Shown one piece after another: positions 21,712 to 29,838 of a stretch of 64,000 nucleotides of DNA. Both the position numbers and the translations under genes were made by a program. This DNA is from Clostridia bacterium. Lineage in GTDB: Bacteria > Bacillota > Clostridia > TANB77 > CAG-508. The stretch is from NCBI GenBank assembly GCA_900754285.1, contig CAAECB010000034.1, forward strand, positions 3,458-67,457, read 5' to 3'. The notes beneath the pieces are model-generated. The model was given only the letters and a program-made list of their open reading frames with translations, searched no databases and had not been told where the DNA came from. Each line of letters begins with the position of its first letter. Position 1 is the stretch's first letter.

Positions 21712-22740
21712 TCAGTTGCTGTTAAGATTTTTTGTTTCTGTTACTAACTCATCAAAGTCTGAAATATAATTTTTGTCTTGTATAATTCTATATTTTTTGT
21801 ACTCATCTAAAGCCAATTTATCTGCTATTTCTCTTTTTATTTTGCCATTATCTTTTAAAATGTTATATTCATTTATTTTCAAAAATACTTCTAATTTTTC
21901 TTTCCACTCTTGCATTGAAATAATCTTACCTAGTTTTACTTGTCGTTCTGCATAATCAAGATACATCGATACTAAATTATTTAGCTCTATAATTTCTTCT
22001 TGTGAAAGATAGTTTTTAGCTATTGTTACATCTGTTTCAAGTATTTTTCCATCTGGTGCATTTTTCCAAGTTGTTAGTCCCATATTATCTTTTTTACTAT
22101 CTACTCTATTATAAATTATTTCAGGAGCAGTCATTCCAGTAATAGCAAAATGTAACTTGTTCTGAACATTTTTGTAAAATTCTTGTGTTGTTTCACTATT
22201 TTTATCATAATCATAGCTACATTCTTTGTATATATCAGTTATTTTTTGATAAAATCTTCTTTCACTTGCTCTAATTTCTTTTATCTTAACTAATAACTCA
22301 TCAAAGTAATCTTTTCCAAATTTAGGTCCATTTTTTAGCATTTCACTATTAACAATAAAACCTTTTTTTATGTATTCCTTCAATGTTTTGGTAGCCCAAA
22401 TTCTAAAATCTGTTGCTTCTTTTGAATTTACTCTATAACCAACTGCTATAATTGCATCTAAACTGTAAAAATTTGTGTTATATTTTTTTCCATCCGAAGC
22501 AGTTACTCTAATTTTTTGAGTAACTGAATCTTGATTTAATTCTTTTGTTTTAAAGATATTCTGTAAATGATATGTTATATTATTTTCTGCTACATTAAAT
22601 AATTTTGACATTGACTTTTGTGTTAACCAAAAATCTTCTTCATTATATAAAACTTCAACAGATATATTTTCGTTATTTTGGCTTTGATATATGATTAAAT
22701 CTTTTAAATTTTCTATATTATTCAATAATAAGCACCTCAC
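21712..22740 (-). CDS. RhuM-family virulence/anti-restriction-like protein (intact)
   Basis: WLTQKSMSKLF...LDAIIAVGYRVNSKEATDFRIWATKTLKEY is the RhuM/ORF6N signature. Confidence 0.8.
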   Translation of the reverse strand: MRCLLLNNIENLKDLIIYQSQNNENISVEVLYNEEDFWLTQKSMSKLFNVAENNITYHLQNIFKTKELNQDSVTQKIRVTASDGKKYNTNFYSLDAIIAVGYRVNSKEATDFRIWATKTLKEYIKKGFIVNSEMLKNGPKFGKDYFDELLVKIKEIRASERRFYQKITDIYKECSYDYDKNSETTQEFYKNVQNKLHFAITGMTAPEIIYNRVDSKKDNMGLTTWKNAPDGKILETDVTIAKNYLSQEEIIELNNLVSMYLDYAERQVKLGKIISMQEWKEKLEVFLKINEYNILKDNGKIKREIADKLALDEYKKYRIIQDKNYISDFDELVTETKNLNSN

Positions 22741-22810
22741 ATCTTTTTTTGAGAACTATTGTTTGTATTATATAATAAAATAATTACTATGTCAATATTT
22801 TTAGTTGATT

Positions 22811-23810
22811 TCACGTTATATATTTCCTATGTGAGTTTTTCACATTATTTTGATTTACCATTGCGTATTCCATCGTTGTATCTATTTTTATATGACCTAA
22901 TAACTTATGTACTTGTTCTATTGGCATCCCTTTATCAATAGCCATAGTCGCCATTGTTATTCTAAATTTATATGGATGTACTTTATTTATATTTGCTTTT
23001 TTTCCTAGATTTCTAATAGCAATCTCAATTCCTGATATTCCTAATCTGTTATATGGTTTTATTAATGATACAAATAATGCTTCATTATCATCTGTTCTAG
23101 TTTCCAAATATTTTTCTATATACATTTTGCTCTTTGCACTAAAATAAACTTCTCTTTCACTGTTTCCTTTATCCAAAACAATACAGCTTCTTTCTTGAAA
23201 ATTCATATCTGATATATTTAATCTCGTAATTTCTCCTACTCTCATACCAGTTGAAATTAATAGTTCTAATATTGCTAAATCCCTTACATTTGAACAAGTA
23301 TCTCTTAACTTTTCCAAATTTCCATCTGTTAATGTTTCTTTTACTCTTCTAGTAGTCTTTACTTTATGAATTCTTCTTACTGGACTTTTTACAATATAGT
23401 CCTCATTTTCCAACCAAGCAAAGAAACTTGATAAAGTTCTTCTCATATTATCTATCGTTACCATACCTGCATTTGAATTATTTTTATAATCTGCTAAATA
23501 GTTTCTTAATATTTCAGTAGTAATTTCATTTACTGGAAGATTGACAGCATCAAACATTTTATTTATATTATCTTTATAGTAATTTAAAGTTCTATTTGAG
23601 CAACCTTCAATTTCTTTAGATGATATAAATTTATTTTATATATTAGTATTATTCTTTAGTATTTCCTGTTTTTTAATTGGTTCTATCCTTTCAATTTGAT
23701 AATTTAAACATATTTCTGTAAGTATTTCTTTTAATTTTATTCTTTGGTTATTGTCTAAAAAATCTTCTGTTGTATCAATTACTTTTCCTACAAATAATTC
23801 TCTCATGACA
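22811..23810 (-). CDS. Tyrosine-type site-specific recombinase/integrase (phage integrase family), N-terminal region in a different frame (frameshift near 23620-23650 in an A/T run)
   Basis: Catalytic-domain ORF 22811..23557 (..HPYKFRITMATMAIDKG..LLGH...TMEY). The upstream frame encodes MRELFVGKVIDTTEDF...NKFISSKEIEGCSNRTLNYYKDNINK, contiguous with it. Confidence 0.7.
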
Positions 23811-24117
23811 ATTACCTCCTTACATTTTTATTTGATAATTTGCAATATATAGAACTCTATCTATATTATACAATATTTAATTGACATAATAAAAGATAAG
23901 CATATTCTATATACCCATCTAAATGTTTATATTTTCGTTCAAATTTCAAAATCAATCTCAGCACCAAATTACTATTTTATTTAAAATTTTATCATTTTTT
24001 GCCTGTAAAATGTAAAAAGAAATAAGATTGAAATTCTTATACATATTTTATCAAAATGTTGATATATAGTCAATATTTTGATAAAATCAAAACAAAAAGA
24101 TAAAAAGGAGACTTTAA

Positions 24118-25252
24118 ATGAAACTTAATATATTAAAAAATGAATACATATCTTCAATAAAGCCACTTGAACCAAATAAATTTCACTCTTCCATTACTGT
24201 ATCATCTGCTTTAAGAGCAAATTTTTCTGCTGGCTGGAATGACACCCCACCATATTGTAACGAAAACTCAGGTTATACACTAAATATACCAATCTTATAT
24301 AAAAACTCTTTTCCAATAAATGTAAAAATAGAAAAAATAAACGCACCTAAAATCATACTATCTAATAGTTATTCAGAAATTGAAATAACAAATATGTTAG
24401 AATTAATTAATTGCCAATCTCCAAACATTCCTTTTGCACTTCACAAATCTGCAATTTTAGCATCAGGACTTATACCTTTTAATCTTAACTTTAATTTACA
24501 ACATTTTTTCAAAAAAAATTCTGGATTTAAATTAAGTACCAATGTAATTAATATTCCCGTTGGTTCTCGGTCTTGGTACTAGTAGTATTTTACTATATTC
24601 TTGCCTAAAAGCAATTTTTATGTTTTGCGGTCAAAGCTATACTGATTTAGATTTATATCATATGACTACTTGTGCAGAACAAATTATGAATACTGGTGGA
24701 GGTTATCAAGATGCAATTGGTTCATCTAATAATGGATTTAAATTGATTCATTTTAGTCCTGGAATATTACCAGGAATTTATTGTGAATCTATTCATATAA
24801 AAAGTACTATTCAAAAAGAACTAAAAAATAAAATCATTTTTATCTATACAGGCAAAACTCGTCTAGCAAAAGATTTACTTTCTTCTATTATGGAAAATTA
24901 TGTTAATAATGATATAAATACAATACATACATTAAAAAATATTGGGCAAACCGCTATAGATATGAAAAATAATCTTGTTAATGAAGATTTAAAATCTTTT
25001 GGCTCAAACATGATAAAAAGTTTTGATTTAAACATAAAATTAAATAAAAACTTTACTAATAATACAATAAATAATATTATAAAATTTTCTGCTAATTATT
25101 TAGATGGTTACATGCTATCTGGTGCTGGAAATGGCGGCTTTCTTACTTTTTTATTAAATGACTCAATCTCAAAAGAAGCCTTTTCTAATATTTTTGTTTC
25201 AAAATTTAGTAATTCTGATATAAAAATCTATGATTTTAATATTAAGTTTTAA
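24118..25252 (+). pseudogene. L-fucokinase-type GHMP kinase domain (Fkp/FUK C-terminal half) with a frameshift splitting the P-x-GSGLGSS motif
   Basis: AGWNDTPPYCNENSGYTLNIPI is the fucokinase signature. The motif reads ..IPVGS|LGLGTSSILL.. across the frame change. SGAGNGGFLTF is the GHMP motif III. Confidence 0.55.
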
Positions 25253-25307
25253 TACTTATTAGAAAATAGATGTACTTATTTAAAAAGTACATCTATTGTT
25301 TACAAAA

Positions 25308-26199
25308 TTATATTTTCATTTTTGTTCTTTCTTTTGCTATTTTCAAAAACTCCTCTGTAGTTCCATAATGTATAAATTTTCCATCTTCCAGACTTTCTAT
25401 TTTTAAATTTTTATCATTCAACCTATTCCATATTTCAGTTCTTACCTTTAATAATTCTTTTGATATTTCCACTTCTGCCTTTTGGTACAAATACTTATTA
25501 AAATCAACTTCTAAACATAATGGATTTAATAAATCTGTATACAAGTTTATTATAACATCATTAGAAAATTCTATTTTTTTTAAATCTTTTAAAGTATTTT
25601 TATTAAAGTAAATCATGCCTGTATCTATATTAACTTGATTTTGTTCATTCACAGCTCTTTTTCTTTTTAATACTTCTTCTGTTTCTTTTTGTAACGCTTC
25701 TTTTAGAATTTTTTCTTTATTTGTAACAAATACACCATGTCTTTTTCCTAGTTCTACATCAGCTAAAACTGAAAACGCTGTATTTTCTTTAATCTCATTC
25801 TTATTTGTTTTTTTATACATAGTTGTACAATCTCCAGAAACAATCAATATACCTGGTAACATTCTTTTACCTATTGACATGGTCTCTTCAATTATTTCAT
25901 CAAACACTATTTTATTTCTTCCATTAAAAGTTGGTATACATATCTTTCCTTTTTTGGCATATAAAGGCATTCTCTGACACTTTCCTGCAGAATTTATTAA
26001 TAAAACTTTTTTATTTTCTATTTCTTTTTGTTTTATTATATTTAATAATGCTCCGTCCAGAACCTACTTTTTTCTTTTCTATTACTATTCTGTATTCTGT
26101 GTTTTCTTGTAAGTTTCGTTTATATAATTTATTTTTTAAATAATCTTTTTGAAATTGATCTGCTACTGTTATTATTATATAATCAAATACCTTTGGCAT
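25308..26199 (-). pseudogene. Fucokinase-family N-terminal (nucleotidyltransferase-like) domain, frameshifted, in opposite orientation to the GHMP half
   Basis: DYIIITVADQFQKDYLKNKL and MLPGILIVSGDCTTMY resemble the Fucokinase (PF07959-type) region. It is split between ORFs 26011..26199 and 25308..25970. Confidence 0.45.
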
Positions 26200-26264
26200 G
26201 TCCTTTACCTCTTTATTTACATCTTGCTATAAACATTTAGCTCTTAACCTTAAATGCAATTTTT

Positions 26265-26867
26265 TTAAACATGTTGAGCAATAAATTCAATAACATCATC
26301 TTCATTATCACTCATCTTTTCCTTATCCTTTTCAGTAATATCAGTAAAATACTTATTATTGCACTCATATTTAGAAATAGAATTCAAAGGATAACCAGGA
26401 TTTACTTTTCTAGAAGGTTTATCTACAAGATAAAAACCTTTTTTAGTCCATGTATACGTACTCTCTTCTCCATTCTCACCAACCACAGCTAGTCCATAAA
26501 TCCATTTTGCATTTAATTTTCCTCTTTTTCCATATTTTTTTACTAAAGAAATATAATGTTCTATCATTTCATCATCTTCTAAAACTTTTCCATCAACTCT
26601 TCTAACAAATAGCCCAGGTTGTTCATCTTCTGGAACATTTTCTAAATATAAAGAATCATCCATTCCAATTGCAATTTTCCCTGTAACATCATGGCATTCT
26701 CTTGCTTTTTTCAAAGCGTTTTCTACTACATCTTTTCCATCTTCTTTTATATTTATTTTTATCCCTATATCTCTCAAAGATATAACATTTATTTCTTTTT
26801 CTAACAAACTTTTAGAAAATCTTTTAGCCTTTGTTGGATTATTTGTTGCAAAAATAATCTGCTTCAC
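26265..26867 (-). CDS. Ham1/RdgB-like non-canonical purine NTP pyrophosphatase-family protein (tentative)
   Basis: IIFATNNPTKAKRF N-terminus and DDSLYLE motif resemble the ITPase fold. The match is weak. Confidence 0.4.
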   Translation of the reverse strand: MKQIIFATNNPTKAKRFSKSLLEKEINVISLRDIGIKINIKEDGKDVVENALKKARECHDVTGKIAIGMDDSLYLENVPEDEQPGLFVRRVDGKVLEDDEMIEHYISLVKKYGKRGKLNAKWIYGLAVVGENGEESTYTWTKKGFYLVDKPSRKVNPGYPLNSISKYECNNKYFTDITEKDKEKMSDNEDDVIEFIAQHV

Positions 26868-26913
26868 TTAAACCATTCCTTTCATAATTATATATTTTTA
26901 AAATTTATATATA

Positions 26914-27390
26914 TTATAATGTTCTATAATTATTTTTATCTGCCCTATCATCCATTTTTCTATCAAATTGTTCATTTTTATAAAACCAATCTGTTTTCTT
27001 ATCAACTGGATGAGCCATTCTTCCTTTGTCTAACAACAAATCCACAAGTACTGCTACTGGGATAATTATTCCTATTACTGAAAAAAATAAACTAGATGTT
27101 TGAGCCAAAGACAATATTTCATTATTTGCTAATAATCTTACTTTTTCAGTAATATCTGCTCCAAAATATACTCCATAAAAAGCTAAGTATAAAGCTGCTC
27201 CTAGAACTTTTCTTTTTACTACTAAAATTGCAAATAACAAAAATGCAAATAATAAAACTATTTCAAAATTCATATTAAGTGGTTGTACTACAAAATCTTT
27301 TCCCAATTGAGCCATCAAAACAACTACAACTCTAAAAATCCAATACATTATCATAAACATAACTACTAAATATGTAGATAATTTTTTCAT
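26914..27390 (-). CDS. Hypothetical membrane protein (4 TM)
   Basis: Hydrophobic segments. No known domain. Confidence 0.4.
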   Translation of the reverse strand: MKKLSTYLVVMFMIMYWIFRVVVVLMAQLGKDFVVQPLNMNFEIVLLFAFLLFAILVVKRKVLGAALYLAFYGVYFGADITEKVRLLANNEILSLAQTSSLFFSVIGIIIPVAVLVDLLLDKGRMAHPVDKKTDWFYKNEQFDRKMDDRADKNNYRTL

Positions 27391-27465
27391 ATTTTCACAT
27401 TCCCCTCTTATTTTTATTTAACGTCAAAAGGTGAAGCATAGCCTCCACCTCTCCTACTATTTTGA

Positions 27466-27768
27466 TTAATCTACAAAATCAAAATCATCTTTAAATCTTT
27501 CTTTAAAAATTTCAAATACTTTATTCAATATCTCTTCATCTTCAACACTTACATATGATTCTTCTTCAGAATCTTCATCTGTATCTTCAACTTTTAAAAT
27601 TACAACTTCTCCTTCTTCTTCAACTCCATCATCAACTACTGGTAATAAAATAACATATTCTTCATCATCTAATTCAACTAAATCCAAAAATTCGAATTTT
27701 ACTTCATTTCCATCTTCATCATTTAGTATTACTATATTATCTAAATCTTCTCCTTCACCCATGTTCAC
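27466..27768 (-). CDS. DUF1292 acidic protein (YrzB-like)
   Basis: Highly acidic 100-aa protein (..VILNDEDGNEVKFEFLDLVELDDEEYVILLP..) in the conserved position near ruvX/ireB. Confidence 0.8.
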   Translation of the reverse strand: MNMGEGEDLDNIVILNDEDGNEVKFEFLDLVELDDEEYVILLPVVDDGVEEEGEVVILKVEDTDEDSEEESYVSVEDEEILNKVFEIFKERFKDDFDFVD

Positions 27769-27919
27769 TTTCTCCTTTCAAATTTATATTATATAATATT
27801 AATATCTACAAAATTAAAAATTCTATACTAATATCATTCATATCATAACCTATTTTTTACTTTTTTGCAACAATTCTGAAAAAAAACTTTAATTTTTTCA
27901 ATAATCCAAATGTACTACT

Positions 27920-27950
27920 GGTGTTTTTTGAGTCCGTCCCCAAAAACACC
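27920..27950. repeat. Hairpin-repeat family copy 2 (stem GGTGTTTTT/AAAAACACC, loop TGAGTCCGTCCCC)
   Basis: Perfect 9-bp stem with the conserved loop. It is followed by a partial copy at 27957..27978 (CAGTTCCCCAAAAACGTC) that overlaps the ruvX stop. Confidence 0.75.
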
Positions 27951-27957
27951 CAAAACA

Positions 27958-28371
27958 TCAGTTCCCCAAAAACGTCTCCAATATATAAACAGCAGAAATT
28001 GTATCAACAATTGCTCTTTTCTTCTTTTTGTTTACATCTAAAAAATTCATTGTTTTATGTGCTGCAACAGTTGTAAGCCTTTCATCAACAGTTACTATTT
28101 TTTTATCTGGATATTTGCATTTTAATTTATGTATAAATTTTTCTGTAACTTCTGCTCTTTCTGTTTTTGTTCCATTCATGTTATAAGGCATTCCAACAAC
28201 AATTGTTTCTACTGGATATTGCTCAAAAATTTCATCTAATCTGCGTAAAACTATTTTATCAGAATTATTACGTTGTATTGTTTCTAATCCTTGTGCTGTT
28301 ATATTTAAAGCATCTGTTATTGCAATTCCAACTCTTGCATCACCATAATCTATACTTAATATTCTACTCAT
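27958..28371 (-). CDS. ruvX: Holliday junction resolvase-like RuvX/YqgF
   Basis: [18 protein letters not shown]-terminus, at 137 aa. Confidence 0.9.
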   Translation of the reverse strand: MSRILSIDYGDARVGIAITDALNITAQGLETIQRNNSDKIVLRRLDEIFEQYPVETIVVGMPYNMNGTKTERAEVTEKFIHKLKCKYPDKKIVTVDERLTTVAAHKTMNFLDVNKKKKRAIVDTISAVYILETFLGN

Positions 28372-28630
28372 CTTCTAACCCTATATAGTTTTTTACCATT
28401 TTTTCCAACAATTCATCTCTTTCAATTGTTCTTATTTTATTTCTTGCATCATGATAACTTGTAATATATGTTGGATCTCCTGATAAAATATATCCTACTA
28501 ATTGATTTATTGGATTATATCCTTTTTCTTGCAAAGCTTCATATACTTCCTTTAATATTTCTTTAGTTCTAAGGTTTTCAATTTTTTCAACCTCAAAATG
28601 CATAGTTTTGTCAAATTCCATATCTCTCAC
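28364..28630 (-). CDS. ireB: IreB-family regulatory phosphoprotein (UPF0297/DUF965)
   Basis: [32 protein letters not shown] signature, at 88 aa. Confidence 0.85.
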   Translation of the reverse strand: MRDMEFDKTMHFEVEKIENLRTKEILKEVYEALQEKGYNPINQLVGYILSGDPTYITSYHDARNKIRTIERDELLEKMVKNYIGLEDE

Positions 28631-28709
28631 TTTCCCTTCTTTTTATCTTTTATAATATTATATGTATTACATTTTTACTAAAATTTAATATAAACAAATT
28701 ATACTTTTT

Positions 28710-29819
28710 CTAAATTTTAGTAATATCACTTTCACTCTTATCAGCACTATCTATATATTCTTCCAATTTTTTCAATACTTCTTCTAATCCTGTACCTTTA
28801 TAATAAGTAGATAATGCAAAATTTAATCTTGGTGAAACTGTTATTTTTTCACTATCATCTTTTTTATTTTCATCATCATCATCATCTGGCAAAGATATTT
28901 TCATTTTTTCTAATGATATTTTTAAATCATTTAAGAAATCTGCTACACCACTAATTTCAACACCTGAAAATGCTATAACAAATTTAGGTCCCATATATCT
29001 TACAAAAACATAGTTATTTGCTATATTTTTTTGAACATATGCACTTACTTGTGTTACTACCTCATTTCCTAATTCTCTTGAATATACCTTATTTATTTCT
29101 TCAAGATTTGCAATTCTAAACATACATATTGTAGAAGTTGTATGTTGATCTATTTGTCTCTTACCTTCTCCATATAGATATTCTTCTGAATATAATCCAG
29201 TAAACAAATCTTTTCGTACAATACTTTCTAATGTTTTTTGATGTACTACTGTTTTTAATACAGAAACTATATTGTCTTTTATAACTTCTAAAACTGCTGT
29301 ATCAACATTGTCAAAATCATGCGGAGTTCCACTTTCTATAATCCAATACCCTATATAAACATTATCTATATACAATGGGAAAAATATTGCTGATTTTGCT
29401 CTACCAAATTCCATCTGTTGATATGGTAATCTTTCTCTTTCTTTATTAACTGTTACATATTTTGGAGTTGCAGTTGTTATACTATCTTTAAACATATCTA
29501 CATTTTGTAACATACTTAAAGATTTCCAATGTCTTTTATCTACATTTGAAGCTTTTACTACATATTCTGCCCCATCAAATACAACAATTGTGGAATATTT
29601 TATTTCATATTTTTCTATTAAAATATCATTTATTTTTTTTATTTTATCATCTACACTTGAAGTTTGACCTATTGCATTCATAAAATCTTGTACAACAGAT
29701 AAATTAGTTATTTTTTGATTAATATTACGAAATGTTTGTATCTTTTTATGTATTCTCAAATTGTAAATGATAAGTCCAATTACAACTATTATCAATACTC
29801 CAACTATTCCCATTAACAC
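28710..29819 (-). CDS. Membrane-anchored sensor-like protein with degenerate (catalytically inactive) GGDEF domain
   Basis: N-terminal TM. The C-terminus has RKDLFTGLYSEEYL (the D-LTGL-NRR-like motif) and MGPKF in place of GGDEF. Confidence 0.5.
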   Translation of the reverse strand: MLMGIVGVLIIVVIGLIIYNLRIHKKIQTFRNINQKITNLSVVQDFMNAIGQTSSVDDKIKKINDILIEKYEIKYSTIVVFDGAEYVVKASNVDKRHWKSLSMLQNVDMFKDSITTATPKYVTVNKERERLPYQQMEFGRAKSAIFFPLYIDNVYIGYWIIESGTPHDFDNVDTAVLEVIKDNIVSVLKTVVHQKTLESIVRKDLFTGLYSEEYLYGEGKRQIDQHTTSTICMFRIANLEEINKVYSRELGNEVVTQVSAYVQKNIANNYVFVRYMGPKFVIAFSGVEISGVADFLNDLKISLEKMKISLPDDDDDENKKDDSEKITVSPRLNFALSTYYKGTGLEEVLKKLEEYIDSADKSESDITKI

Positions 29820-29838
29820 AATATTTTCCTCCTTATTT

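Larger units (their letters stand above)
20441..24117. mobile_element. Integrative element remnant(s) inserted at the rbgA 5' end: direct repeats, decayed RhuM, intact RhuM and integrase. The right boundary is uncertain.
   Basis: An integrase sits next to the duplicated target-gene segment. The region is AT-rich and pseudogene-rich. Confidence 0.5.
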
